NCBI GenBank assembly: GCA_964013405.1 | Contig: CAXGWI010000004.1 | Span: forward strand, 1,673 to 65,672 | Length of the DNA: 64,000 bases | Direction: 5' to 3' | DNA from: an uncultured Myxococcales bacterium | GTDB lineage: Bacteria; Myxococcota; UBA4151 | In this document: piece by piece, positions 56,122 to 64,000 of the stretch | Position numbering within the stretch: the first letter of the stretch is position 1 | Layout: each line of letters starts with the position of its first letter | Program-made: the position numbers and the translations under genes | Notes under the pieces: generated by a model | Seen by the model: only the letters and a program-made list of their open reading frames with translations | What the model was told of the DNA's origin: nothing | Database searches by the model: none

Positions 56122-57479
56122 GAGAGGACCTTGCCCGGATTGAAGAGGTTTTTGGGGTCGAGCGCCTTCTTGATGCGCCATTCCATGGCCATGCGCTCTG
56201 TCCCTAATTCCAAAGGCAGGACGTGGCGCTTCGCCAGGCCAACGCCATGCTCCCCGGTGATGGTGCCACCCATGTCCAAGGCTAACTCAAAGACAGCAAG
56301 GCTCAGTGCATCGACCGTTTCCCGTTGATCCTCGTGGTCCCAAAGGAGGTTCACATGCAGGTTGCCATCGCCGGCGTGACCGTAGGTGGCCGCGGTGATC
56401 CCCCGTTGGTTCGCCAAGCGACGAATGGTGAGGATTGCGTCGGCAATCCGGCCTCGGGGCACCGCGATGTCTTCACTCAATTTGTACTTGGCTTGGGCCC
56501 GCAGCGCCCGGCTCAGCTGTCGCCGGGGCCCCCAGATCCGTTCTCGCTCCGCGGGCGAACTGGCCACCAGCGTGTCGAAGGCGCCGGCGACCGTGGCAAA
56601 GCGTTCAAGAGCGGCCATGGCGAGATCCTCGTCGCCATCGGCCTCAAGGATCAAAGCCGCGCCTGCCGTCGGGGGTAGCGGGCTCGCATCCGAGGCTCGC
56701 AAGCAATCGCATGAGCACTCATCGAGGAGCTCCAGAGTCCGAGGGAGTTCGCCGGTGCCAAAGATCGCCTGGATGCCCTCCGCAGCCGCAGCCGTGGACT
56801 CAAAGAGCAGCAGCGCCGTGGCGACGAAGGGCGGGCGGGGGATCAGGCGCATTCGGACGTCTGTGATGAAGCCGTGCAAGCCTTCGCTGCCAAGCAGCAG
56901 TCCGTGGAGATTGCTGCCGGCCACGCATTTAAGGGGCCGGCCGCCCAGTTCGACGAGTTCGCCCGTGGGTAGAACGCAACTGAGCCCCAGTAGATAGTGA
57001 CCCGTGAGGCCATATTTGACCGCCCGAGGGCCACCGGCATTCGTGGCGACGTTACCCCCAATCGTGCTGTATTCGAGACTGTTGGGATCCGGTGGGTAGA
57101 AGAGGCCAAAGGGTTGGGCTGCTTGGTCGAGTTCACCAGCGACACAGCCAGCCCCCACATCCACAAAGAGATGATCCTGGGCGATCTGGGGGGGGCTGTT
57201 GAGGCCTTCGCTAGAAAGGACGACCTCGCCGGTGCTTGCGATGCAGCCGCCGGCTTTGCCACTGCCCGCCCCACGGGGAACCATCGGAACCCCTTGTTCG
57301 TAGAGAAAGCGAATCGCCGCTGCTGCTCGTTCCCGGTGGTCGGGTCGAATGACCAGCCTGGGCGTGCCTGCCGCAAGGCCGCTCTCATCGCCACCGTGGT
57401 CTTGGCGTTGTGCCATTGCATCGAAAACTGCCGCCTCCCCAAGGAGTCGCTGCAGGTCCTTTGCTAAGGGATCGCTCAT
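56118..57479 (-). CDS. FAD-linked oxidase, GlcD/D-lactate dehydrogenase family
   Basis: PRGAGSG, YPPDP, TIGGNVATNAGG..VKYG, GSEG, GHAGDGNLH, GEHGVG, DPKNLFNPGK. Confidence 0.9.
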   Translation of the reverse strand: MSDPLAKDLQRLLGEAAVFDAMAQRQDHGGDESGLAAGTPRLVIRPDHRERAAAAIRFLYEQGVPMVPRGAGSGKAGGCIASTGEVVLSSEGLNSPPQIAQDHLFVDVGAGCVAGELDQAAQPFGLFYPPDPNSLEYSTIGGNVATNAGGPRAVKYGLTGHYLLGLSCVLPTGELVELGGRPLKCVAGSNLHGLLLGSEGLHGFITDVRMRLIPRPPFVATALLLFESTAAAAEGIQAIFGTGELPRTLELLDECSCDCLRASDASPLPPTAGAALILEADGDEDLAMAALERFATVAGAFDTLVASSPAERERIWGPRRQLSRALRAQAKYKLSEDIAVPRGRIADAILTIRRLANQRGITAATYGHAGDGNLHVNLLWDHEDQRETVDALSLAVFELALDMGGTITGEHGVGLAKRHVLPLELGTERMAMEWRIKKALDPKNLFNPGKVLS

Positions 57480-58105
57480 GGGAGACCAGAGGCGCCGTCT
57501 TTGAGGACGCGGGCTGTAACTTCTGCCCGAATCTGACCCTGATCGATTCGCGGCTCGCCCAAACGAAGGGGGTAAATCCTCCCTGAGCCGCCGCTTTGTT
57601 TCGCCAACTGGCTCAGGCCGGCTTCGAGCAGGGATCGGGCACTAATCAGCGCACCACCTCGCCAGGGCAAGGATGCTGTGACCAAGGCCGCCGCACCACC
57701 GACCTCCTCCCGCTCGGCGGCAGAGACGACCGTTTTGATGCCGTTGAAGCCGAGGCCTGGTTTCGGTTTGGAGGGGGCGATCTCTGCCGCCGGCAATGGC
57801 TTGAGGAGAACACGGCCATCGCCGGTAACGGCGAAGGTATATCCAGCCTTGGTTTGGGCCAGTAGTTCGCGCAACTGCTTCTCGGCTTCGGCTTGTTTGG
57901 GATGCCAGGCGCGAACCACGAGATGTAGGGGTTTCGCAGCGGCCATCGGCTGCGACGTCTGAGGGCCCGAGACCGGGGTCTCTATCGGCGTGACACCTTT
58001 CTTTAAACCTGGCGCCTTTTTTGTATCCCGTTTGACGGTCTTATCGCCTTGGCAGGAGCACCCACCGAGACAGAGTAGGCCGACCAGGGCCAGACCTTTT
58101 GACAT
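57476..58105 (-). CDS. Hypothetical lipoprotein
   Basis: LGG-C lipobox; ATGA-coupled to the downstream oxidase. Confidence 0.65.
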   Translation of the reverse strand: MSKGLALVGLLCLGGCSCQGDKTVKRDTKKAPGLKKGVTPIETPVSGPQTSQPMAAAKPLHLVVRAWHPKQAEAEKQLRELLAQTKAGYTFAVTGDGRVLLKPLPAAEIAPSKPKPGLGFNGIKTVVSAAEREEVGGAAALVTASLPWRGGALISARSLLEAGLSQLAKQSGGSGRIYPLRLGEPRIDQGQIRAEVTARVLKDGASGLP

Positions 58106-58117
58106 GGGTAGAACCCT

Positions 58118-59203
58118 TTACTTGTCGCCCGGAGGCTCGGGTGCTGGTGCCGGTGCCGGTGCCGGTGCGGGCTCAGGCGCTGGTGCCGGTGCGGGCGCTG
58201 GTGCTGGTGCCGGTGCGGGTTCGGGTGCCGGTGCTGGTGCTGGTGCTGGTGCTGGTGCTGGCTTTGCGGCTGGAACCTGCTTGGCCGGTGCCGCCTTGGG
58301 GGCCACTTGCTTGAAGCGCTCAAAGCGACTTGAGCGACTGCTCTTCGCCCGGCTCTTTCGAACGACCGGAAATTGCCACCAGAGACTCGCCTGAGGCAGG
58401 AACTTGTAGAACTGATTGCTGTCACTGCCTGCACAATTGCTGCCGGTCGGTGCATTGTAGCTGAGGTCTACCCAGCAGGGGTTGTAGAGCAAGGCCAGTC
58501 CGATGCGAGTGGTTCGGCCGATCCCGCGCAGGTACTCTAGTTTCCCTGCGTAGATGGCCGTGGAGACCACCTCATTCCCCTCGACGGTACTACCGCCTAT
58601 GGCGGGCTGGATATGGGCGCTGAACGCCAGCGCCGAATATTGGTCGACAACATACAGCCAGTCGATGTCGAAGAAGGGCTGATTGATCCCGAAGGTGCTC
58701 AAGTCCTGGGCTTGGGCCCGAGAGTAATCCTTTAAGCCCTCGAGGACGGTTCGATATCCGGGTGCGATGGTGATGAACCGACCTTTGCCGTAGCGAAGGG
58801 AGACCGGCAGGCTCGCGCCAACGATGGTTTTGTCGCCGGTGGGAAAGCCAAATTCCGAGGTATCCGGGATGATGTAGGTGAACTCCGGGCGGAAACTGAC
58901 GATGACGTTCGAACTCTTCGTGAGCAGCAGTTTGGCCCGAAGGTTGGGTAGAGGCGTGTCACCAATGCCGAAGGCCGGTGCGATGTTGAGCAGGATGGAA
59001 CTCTCAAAGCTGATGCTATCGGTCAGTCCGAAGGCGGTGTTTCGGTGGAGCACCTGCGGGCCATTGCCGAGCACGACGGGAAAGATGATCTCGTCCTTCG
59101 GTAGGGTGTTCGCAGAGTTGTAGAAGAAGGGTTCATCCTCGCTAAAGACAGCGGGCGTGACAGCGAGCGCAAAGCTTGCGGCGAAAAGACTGGCGATAGG
59201 CAT
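58118..59203 (-). CDS. Exported, probable outer-membrane beta-barrel protein with basic and (Ala-Pro)n tail
   Basis: Signal peptide; alternating amphipathic strands ending QASLWWQF; GGGGAG RBS. Confidence 0.6.
   Translation of the reverse strand: MPIASLFAASFALAVTPAVFSEDEPFFYNSANTLPKDEIIFPVVLGNGPQVLHRNTAFGLTDSISFESSILLNIAPAFGIGDTPLPNLRAKLLLTKSSNVIVSFRPEFTYIIPDTSEFGFPTGDKTIVGASLPVSLRYGKGRFITIAPGYRTVLEGLKDYSRAQAQDLSTFGINQPFFDIDWLYVVDQYSALAFSAHIQPAIGGSTVEGNEVVSTAIYAGKLEYLRGIGRTTRIGLALLYNPCWVDLSYNAPTGSNCAGSDSNQFYKFLPQASLWWQFPVVRKSRAKSSRSSRFERFKQVAPKAAPAKQVPAAKPAPAPAPAPAPAPEPAPAPAPAPAPAPAPEPAPAPAPAPAPEPPGDK
58140..58262. repeat. Degenerate hexamer tandem repeat (GGTGCY)n encoding Ala-Pro
   Basis: About 20 units, interrupted by two GGYTCR (Glu-Pro) units. 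Confidence 0.9.
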
Positions 59204-59275
59204 ATGTGGCTCCCCGCTTTCAGCTTTAAGCTAAAAGGGGGCCCGCCGACAAACGGTCTCCGTGCCAAAAACGAA

Positions 59276-59299
59276 GAAAAGAGCCGATCGGCTCTTTTC
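59276..59299 (-). terminator. Intrinsic terminator after rpsI
   Basis: Perfect 24-bp palindrome GAAAAGAGCCGATCGGCTCTTTTC, U-rich beyond it on the minus strand. Confidence 0.75.
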
Positions 59300-59324
59300 G
59301 ACGAAGCGGTTCGCTCTGAACTGC

Positions 59325-59714
59325 TTAGCGCTTGCTGAACTGGTAGCGCTTACGGGCACCGGGCTGGCCGTACTTCTTACGCTCCACCATCCGGCTGTCC
59401 CGAGTGAGCAGGCCAGCGGACTTCAACGAGCTGCGATACGTCTCCGTATCGAGGCTGTTCAGGGCCCGGGCGATGCCATGGCGCAAGGCACCGGCTTGGC
59501 CCGACTTGCCGCCACCATCACAGCGGGCAGCGATGTCGAATTGACCAACGGTTTCAGTCAGTTCAAGAGGCTGCATCGCGATCATGACGCTCACGTCCCG
59601 ATCGAAGTAGCTGTCAATGGCTTGCCCGTTGACGGTGATCTGTCCCTTGCCTTTCGACAGGATGACTCGAGCCGTGGCGTTCTTACGCCGCCCCACAGCG
59701 GTAACTTTACTCAT
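59325..59714 (-). CDS. rpsI: 30S ribosomal protein S9
   Basis: [45 protein letters not shown]. Confidence 0.98.
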   Translation of the reverse strand: MSKVTAVGRRKNATARVILSKGKGQITVNGQAIDSYFDRDVSVMIAMQPLELTETVGQFDIAARCDGGGKSGQAGALRHGIARALNSLDTETYRSSLKSAGLLTRDSRMVERKKYGQPGARKRYQFSKR

Positions 59715-59716
59715 GA

Positions 59717-60145
59717 TCAAATCTCCAGCGCCTGAGGCTGCTGGGCCTCATGGTTGTGTTCGCTGCCAGCGAAGACATGCAGCTTGCGAAGTTGCGCTCG
59801 CCCGAGACGAGTCTTGGGGAGCATCCCCTTCACGGCGTTCGTGATGAGAAAGGCCGGATCTTCCGCCCGCTTTTCTGCCACCGTGCGGCTGCGCAGGTGA
59901 CCCACGTAGCCCGTATGCCAGTGATAGGTCTTGTCGGTCTCTTTGTTGCCCGTCACAGCGACCTTCTCAGCATTGATCACGATCACGTGATCACCGCAGT
60001 CGACATGGGGGCTGAAACTGGGCTTGTTTTTGCCCCGCAATACGGTGGCAATCTGGGTTGCAGCACGGCCGAGTACCTTGTTTTCAAGGTCGACGACCCA
60101 CCAGTTGGTCTCAACCTGCTCGGCGTTCAAGCTCACGGTCTTCAT
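59717..60145 (-). CDS. rplM: 50S ribosomal protein L13
   Basis: [38 protein letters not shown]. Confidence 0.98.
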   Translation of the reverse strand: MKTVSLNAEQVETNWWVVDLENKVLGRAATQIATVLRGKNKPSFSPHVDCGDHVIVINAEKVAVTGNKETDKTYHWHTGYVGHLRSRTVAEKRAEDPAFLITNAVKGMLPKTRLGRAQLRKLHVFAGSEHNHEAQQPQALEI

Positions 60146-60250
60146 GGCGCTTCCTCTCCCCCTCTGGGGGGCGTCCTGTTTGCAAAGGGGCGCAGCAGCG
60201 TCAAGGAAAACCGCCCGCTGTCTGCCTTTTGAGCGGCCACCTGGCCGGCC

Positions 60251-61102
60251 TTAATCCCAGGGGCAACCCGGCCAGCGAGCATCGCTCGGTACGCCGCTGA
60301 GGGCCTCCTCGCCAGGAAAATAAACCCGCTGAAGCGTGAGGCCCTGGGCCGGCGCTGTTCGCCCGGCAGCCTGCCGATCTTTGGCTTCGAGGATGCCCGG
60401 AATGCTAGCAGCCTCCCGCTTGCCCAGGCCAACTTCGACCAGGGTACCGACCATGATCCGGACCTGATGCTGGCAAAAGGCGTTTCCCGTCACAGTGAAG
60501 CTCGCCAATGCGCATCGCTCATCGGGGTGAGCCAGAATAGCCGCAGTCTCTTCCGGGCGAAAATCCAGTTGCCAAATACAGCGCCGGGCGTGCCGAGCCT
60601 GGCAGTGAGCGGACCGAAAGCTGTCATAATCTTGCTCGCCCCGGAGGTGAGCCGCCGCCGCTTCGATCGCTGTCTGGGACAGGGCGCCCCGACCTTGAAT
60701 CCACCACACTCGGTCATGAAGCACCGGGGGGAGGTAGGGACCTCGCCAGACCTGGTAACGGTAACTTTTCGCAAAGCTGCCAGACTTGGGATCCCAATCC
60801 GGACCAACCTCCCGGCATTGGAGAACGGCAATCCCCTCGCAGAGGCGCGCGTTGAGGGCCTTGGCCAGGGTGTCAGCGCTGTGTTCACACGGGCCGGCCA
60901 GGAGGACCCGTTGGTCACGGGCATGAACGCCCGCATCGGTCCGCCCCGCGGCCCGACAGCGAAAGGGCCCCTGAAAGAGGGGGGCAGCGGCCTTCCGGAG
61001 GCTCCCCTCGACGGTCGGTTGACCCTCCTGAAACTGCCAGCCTCTGAAGCCGGGCCCATGATAGGCGAGCACCAGAGCGAAATGAACATTGCGCCGATCC
61101 AC
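60251..61102 (-). CDS. truA: tRNA pseudouridine(38-40) synthase
   Basis: FRGWQ, AGRTDAGVHA, VRIMVG, TAPAQGLTL. Confidence 0.95.
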   Translation of the reverse strand: MDRRNVHFALVLAYHGPGFRGWQFQEGQPTVEGSLRKAAAPLFQGPFRCRAAGRTDAGVHARDQRVLLAGPCEHSADTLAKALNARLCEGIAVLQCREVGPDWDPKSGSFAKSYRYQVWRGPYLPPVLHDRVWWIQGRGALSQTAIEAAAAHLRGEQDYDSFRSAHCQARHARRCIWQLDFRPEETAAILAHPDERCALASFTVTGNAFCQHQVRIMVGTLVEVGLGKREAASIPGILEAKDRQAAGRTAPAQGLTLQRVYFPGEEALSGVPSDARWPGCPWD

Positions 61103-61156
61103 GGCTCTCCCTAAGCTGCGGGCACTTCAATAGACCTCACGGGAGGTTCTCGCCAG

Positions 61157-61564
61157 ATGCGATTCCTCGTCTTTAGTGCTCTTTTTTGCGGTTGCGGTGG
61201 CAGCCTTGGCACCGGTGATTACGCGACTCCGATCGCTGATCCGGGCTTTGATCGTGTGGTTCCCGTGGGCGAGGCAACCACCATCGATGGGATCCGATCT
61301 TGCGACCCCGAGGGTGGCAGCCTGACGTTTAAGTGGTCCTTGCTGTCGAAACCGGAGGGCTCCGAGACCACGGTGACCGAAGGGGGCGTTCAGTTGGTGA
61401 TGACACCGGACACGGCGGGAGATTACCTGCTCGAGTTGGTGGTCAGCAACGGTGAACGGTCCAGTCACCCCGCCTACGCTCTGGTGAGCGCGACGACGCA
61501 GAGTAACTCTTGGACCACGGGGGGCGGACCCGGGACAACCGATCGTTGCGGTAACGCTTTTTAG
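61157..61564 (+). CDS. PKD/REJ-like Ig-fold lipoprotein
   Basis: FCG-C; DG..S.DPEG..LTFKWSLLSKPEGS; PD.AGDY.LELVVSNG. Confidence 0.75.
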   Translation: MRFLVFSALFCGCGGSLGTGDYATPIADPGFDRVVPVGEATTIDGIRSCDPEGGSLTFKWSLLSKPEGSETTVTEGGVQLVMTPDTAGDYLLELVVSNGERSSHPAYALVSATTQSNSWTTGGGPGTTDRCGNAF

Positions 61565-61567
61565 CCC

Positions 61568-62623
61568 ATGAACGATGGACTCCGAGTCGCTGTCGTCGGA
61601 GCCACGGGAGCGGTTGGGCGGGAGATGCTGCAGGTCCTTTCGGATCGCAATTTCCCGATTGGCCGTATCGAGGCTTTCGCCAGTCCCGATAGCGTGGGCA
61701 AGATGCTGGACTTTAGGGACCAGACCCTACGTGTTCAGTCCCTGGAGTCCCTAAGCGATCCCGGGCAATTTGATGTGGCCCTTTTTTCCTGCGGGTCGGA
61801 ACGCAGCCTCACTTGGGCGCCTCGCTTCGCCCGGTCCGGCTGCATCGTGATCGACAACTCCAGCGCTTGGCGGGGCCACGAACAGGTCCCCCTTGTGGTT
61901 CCCGAGGTGAACGGTGACGCACTAGAACAAGCGTCTCTTGGGGTTGTTGCCGTGCCGAACTGTTCGACCATCGGCCTGGTCCAGGCACTGGCACCGCTCC
62001 ATGCCCACCGGCCTCTGCGCCGGGTCGTCGTGACCACATTTCAGAGCGTCAGCGGTTCCGGGCGAAAGGGCATCGAGGAGCTCGACCGGCAAACCCGCCA
62101 ACTGTTCAATGCGCAGGGGGTGGAGTCCGACGTCTTTCATAAGCGTATCGCGTTCAATATCTTGCCGCTCATCGGTGAACCCGAAGACGATGGTTTCACT
62201 GCTGAAGAGCGCAAACTGATGACGGAGACCCTCAAGATTCTCGGTGACGATGAGATCCGCGTGGTCGCGACCGCGACGCGAGTCCCCGTGTTTGTTGGAC
62301 ATGGGCTCAGTGTGGTGGTGGAGCCCTCGGAGCCCATCGGTGTCGAGGAGGCCCAGGAGCTGATCGCTGCCCACCCAGGGGTCTTACTGACAGACGTTGA
62401 GGCACCGATGAACGCGCCGACGCCCGAGGATATCGCCGGTGAAGACTTTACCTTGGTGGGCCGCCTGCGGCGGGATCCCAGCACGGCCACGGGACTGGCG
62501 CTCTGGGTTGTCTCCGACAACCTTCGCAAGGGCGCCGCATTGAATGCGGTGCAGATCGCGGAAGCCATGATTCAGCGCGGTCTTCTTGCGCCTCGGCGCG
62601 AGGGCCGGCAAGAATCCCCATGA
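61568..62623 (+). CDS. asd: Aspartate-semialdehyde dehydrogenase
   Basis: VVGATGAVG, IDNSSAWR, PLVVPEVN, PNCST, QSVSGSG, DNLRKGAALNAVQIAE. Confidence 0.96.
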   Translation: MNDGLRVAVVGATGAVGREMLQVLSDRNFPIGRIEAFASPDSVGKMLDFRDQTLRVQSLESLSDPGQFDVALFSCGSERSLTWAPRFARSGCIVIDNSSAWRGHEQVPLVVPEVNGDALEQASLGVVAVPNCSTIGLVQALAPLHAHRPLRRVVVTTFQSVSGSGRKGIEELDRQTRQLFNAQGVESDVFHKRIAFNILPLIGEPEDDGFTAEERKLMTETLKILGDDEIRVVATATRVPVFVGHGLSVVVEPSEPIGVEEAQELIAAHPGVLLTDVEAPMNAPTPEDIAGEDFTLVGRLRRDPSTATGLALWVVSDNLRKGAALNAVQIAEAMIQRGLLAPRREGRQESP

Positions 62624-62961
62624 AGGAGGACGAGGTGACTGCTGAAACGGACGAGTTGCGTAACCATCGCCGGGCAGCGATCCCCCTCCTGATCCAGTAT
62701 CGATTTTCGCCCTTCGAAAACTATCGGACCGACTATTCTGCCGATATTTCCGCTGGCGGCCTCTTCCTAAGTTCAGACGATGCGCCGGCTAATGTGGCGA
62801 CCATTCTGCTGCGCTTCCTGCCCCGGGACGGGAGCCGAGTGATTCATGCTCAAGGAGAGATCGTTCGGCGAAGTGAAGAGGGCTTAGCCGTTCGGTTTAT
62901 CCACATCGACGAGCAAGACCAGTCCTACGTGGACGCTCTCGTTTCCCACGAGTTGGATTAG
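62620..62961 (+). CDS. PilZ domain protein
   Basis: RNHRR (RxxxR) and DISAGG (DxSxxG) c-di-GMP-binding motifs; ATGA overlap with asd. Confidence 0.85.
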   Translation: MKEDEVTAETDELRNHRRAAIPLLIQYRFSPFENYRTDYSADISAGGLFLSSDDAPANVATILLRFLPRDGSRVIHAQGEIVRRSEEGLAVRFIHIDEQDQSYVDALVSHELD

Positions 62962-62963
62962 CC

Positions 62964-64000
62964 ATCCTTCGAGTCCCACGCGGTCACTTCCCCCTTCATT
63001 TTTCGCTCCTGATCTGTCTGTGCGGCTGCCCTGGCGCCGAGCCGGTTGCAGATGCCGGCTCCCCGGATGGCGGCCTCGCTCCTGTGGATGGTGGGGTGCA
63101 GGTGGATGGGGGGGCCGGGCCCTGTTCCATCGACAGCGACTGCGTCGAGGGCATCTGCGAGGCAGCCCGCTGCGTCGAAGCCCAGTGCAGCGATCACGGA
63201 GCTTGTGACGGGGATGAGCGGTGTTTTGAGGGGCGGTGCGTCGATCGGGTGACAGCGATTTGGGGCTTTCGTTTGGAGCGTCGTTATCCCGATGGGCTCG
63301 CAGACCACCGTAGCGAGGCCTTGGGGATGTCCATGGGCTATGGTTTTGGTGGTGCTCTGGTGGATGCGGATGGCGATGGCGACTTAGATGTTTATCTGAC
63401 CAGCCGAATTCCCACGGCAGCCGGGGTCAGCCCACCTTGTCTTTATGAGAACCACAGCAGTCCTGGGAGCCTCTCGTTTCGCCCCCGGGCCGGCGCCTGT
63501 CAGGCCCTCGAACCGGAGGCGAGTATCCCCCTTTCTGCCCTGGCCTTCGATCTGCGTCAGGATGGCAGCCATGAGTTGATGGTGTTGGGCACCGGCTTGA
63601 GTCTCTCCTTGCAGGATGGGGAGCGGGTCCACCGACTCCACGACCTGCTCGCGCCGGACGATCCACGCCGAGCGTGCACTCCCGGTGCCGCATTGGCGAC
63701 AGACCTGGACTTTGATGGCCTCCTCGATCTCGCCGTGGGCTGTCAGGCGAACCTGAGTATCGGTTCCCCGACAAGTCCGGCCATGAAGAACCTGTTCTTT
63801 CGCCAGACGGCCGATGGTTTTGCTTTGATGGGCGACTTTGCTCAGGAGCCGATGGCCGACGGCGGCAGTACATTAGGGCTCGCAGAACGGGATTTGAACG
63901 ATGACGGTTTGCCGGATCTGCTTGTGATTAACGACACCGGGACATTGCATGGCTCCCGAAACCAAAACCTGCCGGGCTACGTCCTCTATCGCTGCGATCC
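62964..64000 (+). CDS. Cys-rich + FG-GAP lipoprotein, paralogue G; runs off the right edge, start codon unclear
   Basis: Manual translation: SLLICLCG-CPG...C..H..C..ERCFEGRC...GYGFGGALVDADGDGDLDVYL...CLYENHS...GCQ...INDT; open to 64000; not in the ORF track. Confidence 0.8.
   Translation, partial: MLRVPRGHFPLHFSLLICLCGCPGAEPVADAGSPDGGLAPVDGGVQVDGGAGPCSIDSDCVEGICEAARCVEAQCSDHGACDGDERCFEGRCVDRVTAIWGFRLERRYPDGLADHRSEALGMSMGYGFGGALVDADGDGDLDVYLTSRIPTAAGVSPPCLYENHSSPGSLSFRPRAGACQALEPEASIPLSALAFDLRQDGSHELMVLGTGLSLSLQDGERVHRLHDLLAPDDPRRACTPGAALATDLDFDGLLDLAVGCQANLSIGSPTSPAMKNLFFRQTADGFALMGDFAQEPMADGGSTLGLAERDLNDDGLPDLLVINDTGTLHGSRNQNLPGYVLYRCD

Noticed and set aside
60150-60205. rplM promoter and L13 leader hairpin
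   Set aside because: TTGACG and a short C/G hairpin are present, but no credible -10 and too little structure to call without a covariance model.
4908-60467. Numerous long antisense or alternate-frame ORFs (e.g. 4908-5726, 6630-7499, 21914-22612, 37620-38471, 53857-54897, 55525-56328)
   Set aside because: Expected in GC-rich DNA; they overlap well-supported genes and show no motifs.

Overview
GC-rich, very gene-dense bacterial chromosome segment, most consistent with Myxococcota (Myxococcus-type Cys-rich repeats, stand-alone PilZ protein, kinase-ATPase-TPR fusion, about 17 predicted lipoproteins). No rRNA, tRNA, CRISPR array, transposase or integrase was recognised. Housekeeping genes: cutA, recC-recB-recD, bfr, prmC, rplM-rpsI, truA, asd and several metabolic enzymes. 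The accessory part is dominated by exported proteins: a heme-c/DUF1501 operon, two paralogous FG-GAP/PQQ propeller lipoproteins, a YVTN-diheme lipoprotein, a C-type lectin lipoprotein and seven paralogous Cys-rich + FG-GAP (CRTAC1/ASPIC-UnbV-like) lipoproteins. Two observations stand out. (1) A 91-bp inverted repeat (89/91 identical) lies in the same reading phase inside two divergent, otherwise diverged paralogues; inversion of the ~1 kb between the copies would swap their N-terminal Cys-rich modules in frame. (2) Three neighbouring unrelated proteins, one a phospholipase D-family enzyme, share a Pro-rich leader ending in DRFE at residues 34-41, suggestive of a common non-Sec export or chaperone signal. 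Start codons were adjusted by eye from RBS and stop/start overlaps. All family calls are from motif recognition, not database searches.
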